A model generated the notes under the pieces. That model was not told where the DNA came from and searched no databases. It was given only the letters and a program-made list of their open reading frames with translations. A stretch of DNA of 63,723 nucleotides, filler included. It is 4 parts of 4 records of this genome, joined end to end, with 100 filler letters (N's around TTAATTAATTAA, not from the genome) between each part and the next. Parts side by side here need not be neighbours in the genome. Positions count along the whole stretch, not along the records: positions 19,067 to 46,405 come from SRR20825019_2755; 3 more parts are not named here. One strand, written 5' to 3'. The translations under genes were made by a program, and so were the position numbers. This document shows positions 25,801 through 38,600 of this stretch, piece by piece (position 1 is the first letter of the stretch; every line of letters begins with the position of its first letter).

Positions 25801-28800
25801 GCTTGTATCGACCTTGCCAACCTTGGGGAGAGTGCCGCTTTGTTGTTGGAATGACTCCGACGAGACAACAAGCGTTCGCCGGAATAGTCCATGACGTGGC
25901 AATATATGATTACGCTATGCGAGTCGATGATGTTTCATCCGCTTATGACTTCTTTACAGAAGAGAATCAACCCGTTTCCGGAGTGATTATGCACGAGAGC
26001 TTGCAGAAGGAGTATGTGATGGCACGCAATTGGACCTCACAGCGGTATATGTTGGGTAGCAGCCCCACTTTATCGTCGTTAGTTTCGTCAAATCGAATCA
26101 AGAGTGATCAAGTTGTGTCTATTCATGTAGTTGGTTTACCTGTGGCTACAAGCTCGATCTACGCTGTCTTATTTGGTGGATATCCATGTACTACCTGGTC
26201 CCGTCCAGGGGGTGACGCCACGTCCGTGCTCACATGCACCCCTCCTCACGTCGCTGTAGCGGGCAAGTATGCCTTATCGGTCAGTACTACGTTAGGTGGC
26301 AGTTCAGATGTCTATGTCGATGTGTACCCCAGCGTCCATAGCTTGTCTCCTTCCCGTGCAAGTGTATATGGAGGAACAATTGTGACTATTTGGGGTGATT
26401 TGTTCTCATCAATCTCGATCGAAAATGTGGTTACAATCGATGGTTCTGATTGCCCTGTTCTCCGTTCTAACCAGACGACAATTGTTTGTGAGACCAGTGC
26501 ACACATCTCAGGTTCTTGCTCAAATTGTGTTCAAGTTAGGACTTATGGTGTTGAAGCGCAAGGATCCCATTCATTTGAGTATTCTACTGCCAATTTGCCC
26601 GCTGTATCTTCTGTGCCCTCTTCGATAACGCCTGGCACTCGCATTTCCATATTGGGATCAGGTTTTACATCCGAGGTTGTCACTCTTGTAGTGCGCAGTA
26701 CACGTGACTTCTCATTTCCTTGCAGTGTCCATTCCATATCTGATTCAATGATTCAATGTGAGGTTCCTACCTGGGTTTCGTATCGATCCGAGGCATGGGT
26801 TCATATTTTTGCGCCAAATAATATTGGATTGGCCCATGGCCCAACTTTTGTCACGCTTGAGGCAAACATTATCAGTATTTCGCCAAGCGTAGCTACTTAT
26901 GGATCTGGACATGAATTGACTATCGAAGGAGCCGGATACCATGTGACAACACCCACTACTCCTCCGCTGCCACAGGATTACATGGATTGGATTGATGCAT
27001 CCTGCGAGGATGGGTTGTTCGCTGGCGCTGCTGCTGGTAACACAAGTAACTCGGTGGTAATTGTGAACTTGGATTCAGTATCCCCTGACGAAATAGATAC
27101 TCTGCACGTGAATGGGAATATGGTTGTATGTGCTTTCAGTTGTGGCACAACCATGGATTATGCTGCCTCCAAAAACTATAGCAAGTTTGACAGTCTCCTC
27201 GCTGCCCGCGACAACAATGCACAATGGTGGCTCGACATTTTGAATTCCGATCTTTTTGTGGAGTTTCTCACAGTGCGTGTAGACGAAGCTTCTATGAAAT
27301 CTTGTGATGCTGTTGACTTTAGAAATATCGCGCATCACAAATCAGAAAGGTTCTTGAAACAAGTGGTCGAATATACTGGTGTCAACAACCCGTACAAAAC
27401 GTCCCTTATTCCATACATGGTGAGGGCAATACGAAGCCTTGCTGGCTATGCAAGATCTCTTGGCCTTAGAGTTTCTGTGCATGATTCAGCTGAACTCGTT
27501 CCATATCTGTTAGAGTGCATTGACATGGCTACGGACTATAGCTGTCGCAGAAATGGCCTCTGCCACCTCTATGACCCATTGTATAAGTTGGGCAAGCCAG
27601 TCCTACAACTGTCTCCCCAGAGTTTTGGAGCTGCAAATTGCTCATCTCTTGGCTGTCGAAAGGACATTTCACATCGTCTCTGTAGATGGGCTCCTCATCC
27701 TTTTGATCAACCGGACTACGCTTGTGCTACTTCAAACATCCCTTGCGTCGAGCCTATACCTGTTAAATTGGGTTCATCGTCGGATAGCAAATCTCCTGAG
27801 AAATGGATGCCGATCGTTACAGTGTGCAGCTCTTCTGCTACATGCACAGTCACCAAGGTGAATGCTACTCACATAGATTGCAATCTCTCTTGCTTCAGAG
27901 TGGATGGCGAATGTACCAAGCCATCGAGCGATCTTGCTTGCGATGTATCTGTTGGACTGCCATTCGGTAAACAGGTGGCAGTTTCAGGTGGTTTAATCTT
28001 GGAGGGGGCTAATAGCCCTGTAGTGACGAAGCTTGTACCCACACTTGGTCCTGTGCATGGCAATACCGAGATTACGATAGATGGTTCTGATTTTCCGCTA
28101 TCCGCTGGAATTCGCATGAGTGAAGAGGGAAATTGTCCAATATCTTCGATATCAGCTTCTCGCATCATCTGCAATACTCCATCTGTAGAGTCATCTGCTC
28201 AACTGAACCTTGTATTGACTGATTCAGTCACTGGGTCGGTGATTCCATGGGTGGGTGAACCTACATTTTCGTATGTGTTCCAATGGGGAGACCCTGATGC
28301 CTGGCCGGAGGGCCGCGTCCCAGTAGATGAGGAGGATGTAGTGATCCCTGAAGGAAAAACATATCTTCTGGAGTACGAATCTTCCTTGATAGGCAAACTA
28401 TGTATTCACGGCACTCTCCTCATGGCTACCACCGGGTGGCCTGTGCTTCACGCTTCGTCTATACACATCCGTTCTGGAGGATCACTTATTGCTGGAACGC
28501 TGGCGTCTCCTTACATAGGGCCTTGGAGTGTGATCTATCTAGGTGAAGGAAGACCTCGCGAAGGATCAGGGCAATTGTTGGTAGAAGGATCACTGGAAGT
28601 GCATAGCGATCCAATAGTCCCGTGGACAACTGTGAGCTCGGACCATACATGGGGGGTAACGTCTCTGACGTTGGCCGATAGTGTAAACTGGAAGCCAGGC
28701 ATAGGCGCAGTTATGGCACCGACTGGATATAACCTTGAATTCGATTTCATTGACATAGCTTCAGTCAATGGAAACAGTATCGGGTTGGCTTCGGCAACAT

Positions 28801-31800
28801 CCTTTTTGCATGATGGAACAACGCACCAGTACAGTGGAGGTGCACATTCATTGCCCCAGGTTAGCGAGGTCGCGACTATGGGGCGAGGTCTGAACATCAT
28901 TGGCATGGAAAATTCTGGTGGACATTTGATGGTCCAGGGAGATGATGCTTCTGTCAATTTGTCCTATGTGAAGTTTTATCAGATGGGCTCTGACTTGAGG
29001 GCGGCTTTGAGTATATCTGGTACAGGACGGAATCGTTTTTCCAACATTCAAGGTTGTGTCTTTGAATATCCACGGGGGACAGCAGTGAAAGTCACTCGAT
29101 CCAAAAATGTAGTCTTGGAGAGGAATGTGTTTTTTGGTGCAAAGGGTCACAGCGTTGACATACAAGGTGGCCCAATCGGAAGAGTACATCTAGAGAATAA
29201 CCTCGTGATGTACGGATTATTATCAACAAGCACCATGAATGCCCAGGAAGCGGTGGGCATACATCTAGACTCGGCTCACCACAAAGTGCATAATAACCAT
29301 GTGGTTGGAATCGACGGGAATGGTATCGTTGTGGATCTTAGAAATCGTGCGTATTCGCACAGTGCCTGTGAAGGTGGCTATGTGGAAGGAGGCCAATTTA
29401 CAAACAACACAGTACATTCCTGCAAAGGAACTGGCGTTATATTCTTGGGAGATTTTGTACCTAGATCCAATTTGGGGTGCTCAGATCCGTTCGCTTCTTT
29501 CGAAATAGATGGCTTAGTGATTTACGGTGTCAGGAACGGAGTGAAAATGACTGGCGTGGTGGGATCAGTCATTTTGAATAGATGGGTTGTGGCTGCGGCA
29601 GAAGAAGTATCCGTATTCATCGCAGGAACCGCAGCATCCACCAGTCGTCCGAAATATTCTAATGGTGCCATAATTGCTATGGTGTCGCACGGTGCTCTGC
29701 AATGGGGTAGTCGTACTGGTGTGGGCATTGTCACTCCACGAGGGCATGGCATGATGATTGAGTCAACGCTTCTGTTCGATTTTGTGGGGATGTTCTCTGC
29801 TGCATTGTCGCCATGCCTTGATGATTGTGTTGCTGGAAACCGTGGCTTTGTAACTCGTTTCAAGAATATGAAGGTCGAAAGTGTTACGAACCTAGTGAGA
29901 TGGAACTCCGAAAACGAGGCAATATATCTAGATGATGATGGGACCTTGACTGGGACCCCTGGTGCAAGAGCGTGGGCTGTACCGTCAAGCGAAATCCTTC
30001 CTCCAGAGTGTGTTTTGTCAGCAAAAATGGCTGGCGGCTTTGTTCAAGGGGCAGAGTGCCCCGGCACGGTCATTTTGTTCCGAGCTATTTGGCGAAGAGC
30101 TGTACCTGACGTGATCAGTTGGATCGTATCAGATTCTGGCTTGTCCTGGGGCCTCCCTTTGGATGAACATGAATTGTCGACGACGGACGGAAGTTACGCG
30201 AGGTCGGTGACGTTGCATGCTGGTGGATTGTTTGAATTTCATTCCTTTTATGAGAATGACAAGCCATTCTCCCAACTGGAGCTACATATTCACGATAGCG
30301 AAGGTGGCGGTGCTGCACATATTTTAATACCGTTCAAGAAACGCCCATACAATGTTTCAATTAATGATAACACTGATGTTAAGAAAGCGCCATTATCGGC
30401 TACTGATTCTGGAGAAACTTTCTGGGTGCGTTCTTCCGGAGTGGCCGATGGAGTGGGAAATGTCACTTTTGTAGCTGGTGGTATGAGTGATGTCTCTGCT
30501 TTCATGTACAAGCGATCATCCTGCCCTTCGTCCGGATGCGTAGTCAAGCCACCATCAAGTCATGCGGCAGTAATGGGCCCTTTACCGATCATGTATTGGT
30601 GTTCGCCGTACTCTTGGCCGAACTGGATTCTTCCCGGCGAAGCAGACATTGTTAACATACCTGCGTCAACCAGAATGGTTGTGGATTGTGCAAATGCCTT
30701 TGCGAAACAAGTGTCAGTCCATGGTGTGTTGGAATTCTTTGATGCCCCTTCAAATTTATTGAAGCCGGATATTGGACTCGCTGCACATGTCGTTGATATA
30801 CAACCTGGTGGTCTGCTAATTGCTGGTTCGGAAGCACGGCCCTTTCTAAGCACGGGGATTATTACCTTGTTGGGAAGTGAAAGTAGAAGTCACTATCTTA
30901 CCGGATCTGGTGAAACAGTACCATCTTCGTCCATGAGGATTTATGGAGAACTCAGTTTTGTGGGACGTCCAATATCTACCCAGCGAGCCACCTTAGTCAA
31001 CAGGGCAAGACCAGGAGATGTAACTATCGAAGTGGCAGGTGACTGCACTGAATGGATTCCTGGGGACACTATTCTTCTTGCCCCTTCAGGATTCCTTGTG
31101 AATGAGACTGAAATACGCATAATCGATAGAGTCGATCACAATGCTGGTGGGGGTACCACCAATGTTTCGTTCCACTTGCCACTGGCACATGAGCACTCGA
31201 TTGTTACATCAGGTGGACTGACCCAATATCCCGAGGTTGCATTGATGAGTCGAAGCCTAAGGATATCTGGATCGAGCAGCCACGGGGCCTCGATCGTCGT
31301 GAAGAAGCTTGATGAGTATGAAGCCGGTAAACTTACGCTCAAGGGAGCCGAGATCCGTCAATTTGGACAGCCCACAAGCGAAGATCGTCTTGCTAGTGGC
31401 GTGATTCTAGAGAGATTGTTCTCGGAAGGAGCCAACACCAGGATTCAGGATTGTGTGTTCTTGAACGGCTCGGAGAGTGCCATATTCCTTCGTGAAAGCT
31501 ATGGCGTCAAAGTAGAGAGAAACGTCATATATGGAACAGTTGGTTCTGGTCTCGTGGTGCACAGTGGAACTTCCAGCCTCATCGTGGATAATTTGATCGG
31601 TGGACAACACATGCGGCGAAGAGATGATACAACGACAGCATCGTTTGAAGTGGCTGGCGCTGGTCTTGCCGCCTTCACGGGCAACGTAGCGTTTGGTTCC
31701 GAAAAGAATGGTTATCGCTTGACGGGAGAGTCCTGTGGCATAGGGCCATCCAATTGGGGAACAAACACTGCCCATAGCTCTGTGGTAGGTGTTCGCATAG

Positions 31801-34800
31801 ACGGAAACTCGACATCAGATACCTTTTGCACCAGGGTGCATCGATTCAATGTATTCTCTGCACGGGAAGTTGGTGTGCTGGCGCATGTTGTGGGTTCAAT
31901 CGAAATCGATAGTATTCACGCGGCTGTTTCATGTGGCAGTGTAGGCGTAACTGCTAATGTGGTTGGGCATGATAGTTCTCTTCACATGTATGGACAAGTC
32001 AGCACTACTATTAGCAATTCACATGTTTCGTATCTCGATTCTCTATCTTGTGAAGAATCCTCTATGTTAACTGAAGGGCGCTCAATTGGCATATTGATAG
32101 GCGCTTTTTCAAGCAAAAAGTCCGCAACTCTAGACGGAATTACGATTCGTGATCCGCCTGCTTTCCTAGGCAGAACAATAATCAAAAACACGATATTGTC
32201 ATCGTTCCAGATGGGTGCTTCCGCCATATCGACTAATGCAAGATCGCCATACAATTACCATCCGGTCATTCTCGAGACGACCCAAAGTCTCGGAAGTGAT
32301 TCTGGAAGTCTCATTCATATGCCCGTCCATTCACCTGGGCTGCTCTGTGGCGCGATGGGGTGTGATGGACTGCGCCATGCTATTGTCAGCGACCTTGATG
32401 GATCATTCTTCAACTGCGGAACTCCTCCGTGCACTGCTGTACCAGTTTCTCGCAGTTTTGGTGTTCCCAACGCACTGAGAAAATACTCTAAGCAAGATCT
32501 TGCTAACGGCTTCTCTGAGCAGAACTGCACGACACTGACCGAGTGGAATGCAAGACTATGTTCAGGAACAAATGTTCAACCTATCCTTTTTGAAGATGTT
32601 GATGTCAAGAGAGGGAGTCCAGCAGTTCCCCCATCTTTGCTTTCATTTTCCAACAGCACTGACATTCTCTTTGGTATGAGGGGTGCGGGCGGTTTGGCCG
32701 AGGGGATCAAGGTGGCAACTGTACCTTCGATTGGTCAAGTTCACTACGCGATGAGAAGTGTCAGCACACACTTGCGCATTTATAATCAAGGCATTCCTGC
32801 CAGTTCACAAACACTGGCCATCCACCTTCCAAACCAGCGACGCGCGCATGTGTTTGTTGAGGGCTCAAATTCCCTTGTTGCACTCGCACCCACAAACGAA
32901 GCCAGCCTCGCCCCAAGCACGTCTCCTGGCCTTGGATTCCTGTCGGTCCGGTTTGATGCGGCGCACGTTCCCTCCAAGTCGCAAACGCACGGTACCTGGT
33001 TTGTCTCTGCAGCGGATCGAATTCTACATGTCGTATCATGGGCTGATTCAAGCCCTATATCCATTGTGTTTTCGCCGAGCATGATCGTAGAGGTTGGTGT
33101 ATGCGTCCCTTCAGTAATGCACTTTGTGGAGGCAGGATTTCTGCGTGATTTTTCTGAGACTATGAACATTGATGAGAGGCATATAACTGTGGTGAATGTC
33201 AGAGAGGTTGTGCGAGTTAGTTCATCGACATTGGAGTATGGTTCTCTTCGAACGATGGCCGCACCTACCGTTGTCTACCTCGCAGTGGCGATGGAGGTGG
33301 CGCCGAGATTTAACGAGACTATTTCCGCTCGTTTGCCGCCACAACAAGACTTTGCGGGCCCAAGGCCTCCAGCTGGACATGATCCATTTGACATGGGAAT
33401 CCGCCTCTCTAATCGGACCGCGCCCGCCTCATGGGAGCAAGATTTGGTCAAGAAGTACAATGAAGATGTGGAGGCGGTCAAACGCCTCGATGATATTGGG
33501 CTCGCCCTTGTTTCGAGAGTCCAAACAAGGAATGCTTCTGGTGATGTAACCTTGGGAGGCTTTCCAATCGACCCACGGTTTCCAATTGTCGTTCAACCCG
33601 CCATAATGCCACCACGTCTCGCTTCATTAGGCTACACTGGTGCCAGCGGCGAAGTGTTGTATTCGCGCTCACCCGCATTGGATAGTGGATCCAACTTGGA
33701 CATCAGGATTCCCCAATCCCTGCAGATTCGAGAAACTTCTGCGTTGGCGGCGGGATCTCCTTCGAAGTTCAAGATCGAGTTACAAGATGCTGATGGTGAA
33801 CCAGTTGCCTTCTCTGGTATTGGAGACCCACCTACGGCTAATGTCACAATAACTCGATTGAATAGCGTGGGTGCGGTGAGCTCGTCTCTCAGTGTTGCCA
33901 AGATCGAACACATGACAGTACTATCTGCAATTACTATAGTGAAAGAAGTGTCCCTTAACTCTGGGTCTACGGAAATCGATGTGACCATAGATGAGCCCGG
34001 GGAGTACCAAGTCGATGTAACCACATCCACCGGATTCTCCACTACCTATTCTGTTGTCGTGGAAAGCGGGGGTACTATCGCAGACAGGTCACAGGGCGAC
34101 AGCGAGTCGGTTGATACGACCATTATTTTGTTGGTACTCGCGATGGTTATTTTGGTATGCACATGCAGTGTTCCGCTGATCTTCCTATTTTGCTGTCTAT
34201 CAATATTGTGTTTGACAGCGTTGGTTCCTGGTTTTAGTCAAACATCAGGCTGTGTTATCGTGGTGTCTCTTTGCGCGCGGATATTGGCTGTATGTGGTTT
34301 TTGCACGCCTGGTTGCTGCAGCGTTTTCATTTCCGCCCTTCATAATACCCTCAAACCTGTTTATTCTGATGAACGGGTCATTATTGATGCCGACGAAGAC
34401 TCTCATAGTGACGCGAAATCAGATGAATCAAGGTTGGATGACGATGATCAAGAAATATCGGAAGTGAAAAGTTTCCTGAGCACTTCTTCACCCCCCGCGA
34501 ATCGTTCTCCTTTTTCCCATTTGCGTTCAATTTTCAGGACTCCGTCGCCAATATCGTTCCGACGACTCAAAAGAAAGAGACCGAACACAATGAAAGAGAC
34601 CCAGAGGCGTACCCAAATGTATATGGCAGCAGAGTCGAATGCAGAGAGTGAGGAAGTGACGAAACTCACTAACATTGAACAGGGAAGGTATTGGAATACC
34701 CCATTCGTAGCAAGTGTGATTGCTGAAGTAGAGGAAGATAATGAAGGCACACCACCACTTGTTGCTACCATGACACCACTTGTAAGCGACATTCCCAGAC

Positions 34801-35609
34801 TTGACTCTCCGAGAGTCGGCAACCTTCCCCCTCCGGTCACAGTGTACGGGAGAAGGAGACGAATAGTTACTGAACCACGGAAGAAGTCTAGGCGCACTGG
34901 TAGTATGGATAGTATGAGTAGTATTGGTTCTGCCAGCCCCAAACGCAATGGGGCAACAATGATTCCGAATAGCCCCGCATCTCTTGAACCAAACGTTGAT
35001 CCCAACGATGATAGGGAGACATTGATGGAAGCCGATAGCAGTAGCCCAGTCGTGGTTCCTCTGGTAAACCGATTGAAGAATGTGAGTGGATGGATCAACG
35101 TGTTAGACTCCACGGAATTCCGCAAGGAAGCGTTTAGTGATGTGGACGATAAGCCCCATGATAGTATTCTGAAAGAGGCAAGTGCGAAAAACCGACAACC
35201 TGGACGCGTATTCAAAGGATCCGATTATGTACAAAAAGTACTGAACAGAGTGCATCAAAGTTCTCGACTGAAGGTACACCCATTGCAAGGGGCCGAGCGT
35301 GAGTTATCCCAGAAAAACACCACAAGCTTGGTGTCGGCTCCGCCGCCAACAACGGGGGTGAGAGCACCTCGCGCAGGACGAAGGGCTACGAACCATCTAC
35401 CATTAGAGTCTTCTATTCGGAGGCCCCGGCCTCGGATCTCCATGGCCACTGCTGCAAGGATGGTGCTGGCTGCTCAACCAGGACGCAGGCGGGCACCTAT
35501 AACACCTATGGAGTCAGAACCCGCTCAACGACTACGAAACCGAGTGCGAGTGGTGTCCAACCATTTGTCTAGTATGCCGCCTTGGTTTAATGACGAACAA
35601 ATGAAATGA
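19813..35609 (+). CDS. Giant fibrocystin-L (PKHD1L1)-like type I membrane protein: signal peptide, GH135/spherulin-4-like, many IPT/TIG, PA14, LamG-like, GH114-like, two G8 domains with PbH1 beta-helices, TM, cytoplasmic tail
   Basis: 5104-aa open frame at 20295-35609, plus upstream exons with signal peptide MRWLFLFLLLCILAT (ATG 19813). IPT starts such as HSIFPSSGSLGGGTMVTLRG. PA14 EGYFLPPKSGQYQFY. G8 starts WGDPDAWPEGRVP (~28284) and WCSPYSWPNWILP (~30597). Hydrophobic TM at ~34120-34300. Confidence 0.85.
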
Positions 35610-35686
35610 ATCACAGAACATATCACAATGTTGAGGATTTAAGAGGCTGAATCTGCTCATATACCCTGGAATAAATGCTCTGATGA

Positions 35687-38600
35687 CTAATCGAACTCGA
35701 AATCTTCCCCACCAACCATCCACCTGCCATCCGGGACTAGCTCTGCATCGTCGAATCCTTTGATCTTGACAACCTTATTCTCCTCGATGCACACAGTCTC
35801 AAGTTCTTTTTGTCCGCCGATTGTAATTTTGTTCCCACCAAGATACAATTCTTCTAGAGTCTTGTTCTTTTTCAACATGTGTGCAAATGCTGTAGCACCG
35901 GAATCGGTCACATCATTATTTCCAAAGAACAAGCTGCGAAGACCTGTGTTGACCTCCAATGCATTGCAGAGAGATGTAACACCATCGTGTGAAAAGCGAT
36001 TGCCCCCCAGCTTCAATGACTTCAATGTAGTATTTTGACGAAGCATATGGTTCAATACCGACGCACCGTGCCTGCCAACGTTGTTATGCTTCAGACTTAA
36101 ATTGTCAAGTGTCGTGTTAGTCTCTAAGCATTCGCAGAGTGCCGCGACTCCATCTGCCATGATATTGTTGTATCCAAGATAAAATAAACGTATAGAGACA
36201 TTTTTGGTCAATGCTTGGGCAAGAGCCACAGTACCCTTGGGACCGATAGCGTTGTGGCCTAAGTATAAGGACTGTAAGTTACCGTTAGTCTCGATTGCTT
36301 TGGAAAGATGTGTGGCTCCCTCATCGCCGATATGGTTATCTTCTAAGTTCAGGATTAGGAGAGAAGCCGAACTTTTTAGCAAGTCGGCAACGGCGGGCAT
36401 GCCTTCAGCGAACATGTTGTTACCACATAATCGCAGGGTTGATAGGGTCTCGCATTTGAGTAGAACGGAAACCAATCTCATGGCATCTTCTGCTTCAATA
36501 TCACAATCATTCAAACATAAGGATTGCATGAAGTTTGGGAGTGGATGCGCCCCTATTTTCTTCCTATCTAGCCCAGCAAATCGTACAAATGGGTACATGG
36601 CCGCGGGTATGATGGGTTTCTCAGAGGCCAACCATCTCAGTGCCTTCCTCTGTGCAGTGCTGTTCTCCATGCTTTGCAATGCCAACATTAGCATGGTCGT
36701 CTTATCATCGTCATTCAACATAATCATCATGAAGCCCACTACATTTCGCAGCCATTCGCCTTCCAATCCTCTCATCTTATCTCCAAAAAGAGTTGGCAGG
36801 TATTCCCTTACGCCATCCACATATTCGCTGAGCTTGTGTAAAGCCCTCAACAAGTCGCCAGTCTTGGACTGTGCATTGAGACTGTTGTTGACTTCCTGCA
36901 AAGCTGCCGTTGACCCATCCAATCTGGCCAAAAGCTTTCTTCCGAGGTGGTTCGCCGCAAGGTATTCTTGAATTTCTAATGTAGGGAACCTGTAAACGGG
37001 CTGTCCGTCATCGGATTCTGTGCCCACACGCACAAGGATCTTCAAGTCACCACCTTCTACCAGTGGCTGCAGCATCTCCCACTGCTCTGGTCCAAGGAAG
37101 TTGGCTTCGCGGCCCAAAAAATCACGAGAGCCTTCTCCTTTCATATGAAGTTCGTATGCTAGCCTATCTACAAAATTCCGCACTTCGGACGAAAGGACTC
37201 CACTACCATCCAGCATTCCGTTCACCATGGCAGAGTATACCTTTGGCGAATCCCTGCCAATAGGAAGTTTCCTTTCGTTTATGAGGTATATGTGACACAG
37301 CAAGCTTAGAGTGAACGGGTAGCGGCTAAGGGTAGTGTAGTAGTATGAAGTGGAGAGGTGCCCAACAAATTTTCCTGGTTCTTCTTTCGTACCAGACTTC
37401 GATAGGAACGCACCAGAAACTCCTCTTCTGGTATTTTCGTTCAATTCTTGAAGCAAAGACCAGTCCCAACGCCATATAACCTTCTTCTTAAATCTGCGTG
37501 AGGCCTTTTCTTCAATTTTCTGGGTTTTCAGCGGATTGGCACCAAAGGTTGGGAGCAGCACTTCTGTGAAGCAAGCTGGGCACATTGATACCACCAAACG
37601 ATGCCCTTCGCCAGCCATCATCTGAAGAAACGTCACGATTCTCGGTAGGCACTCCTGCCTAATGTAATCAAATCCATCGATGAACAAGAACAACTTCCCC
37701 TTCAATCGCCATTTTCTCATCATTCGAAGTGTTCGTGAGTTTGAACTAAATGTCTTCGCCATATACTGCTCCAGAGGATTCAACTTATGATCAAACAATT
37801 CTTGCGTTTCGTCAACAAAATCGAGCAACGGGATGTACAAAGGTATATACGAAGAAAGTTCATCTCCCGACATTGAGCCTTTCGAACTTGGTCTGCTGGA
37901 GCCACCACTATATGTTCTTGAACTAAACATTGCCAACAAAAATAGTTGAATCATTGTGGTAGTCTTTCCTGCAGTAGGTGCCCCAACGACTAGGAGGTGG
38001 GTGGGCCCATGTTTCCAATTGGCGCTCTCAAGTATCCATCTTTCTGGTCCAAAAAGAGAATAGTCTTCCACTACCTCAGGGGCCTCCAGGAAACGCACTT
38101 GATTTTCATTGACGCTTGGAGCAATGCTATCACGCCCCTCTTTCATTTCCACTGAAAATATCGTAGCGCCGCTATCTGCCCTAATGTTTCGAAGCTGCTT
38201 TTTGGGGTTGATAGGGGAGCTTGGCAGGTTTCCGGTGTTCGGGGTTTCTGGATGAGACGGGAGCTCGCTCTTTCCCACCGATGATTCTGCAGAGTCTTCC
38301 TTCATCAACTCATCGACCGTGACCTTTCCTTTCTCAAACCTTTCATTCCAATATGGTTTTTGACGTTCGTGATGGGGAAGAAACCTGGTTGGAAGTAAAA
38401 TGTCAAAGATTGAGGATTTTTCTTTGGATATTGGATGAATGATGTTCATGAACTTCTCGATTGCTTCATGTCCATACGCAAACACATCCCTTTGATCCAA
38501 ATTGATCGCTAGGTTCTCTTCTTGCTCAATGAGACTGCCCGTCCAATTTGAGGCAATACGATTTCTTTTCGTGAGCCGCTGTGACACGGTGCGCACCCTT

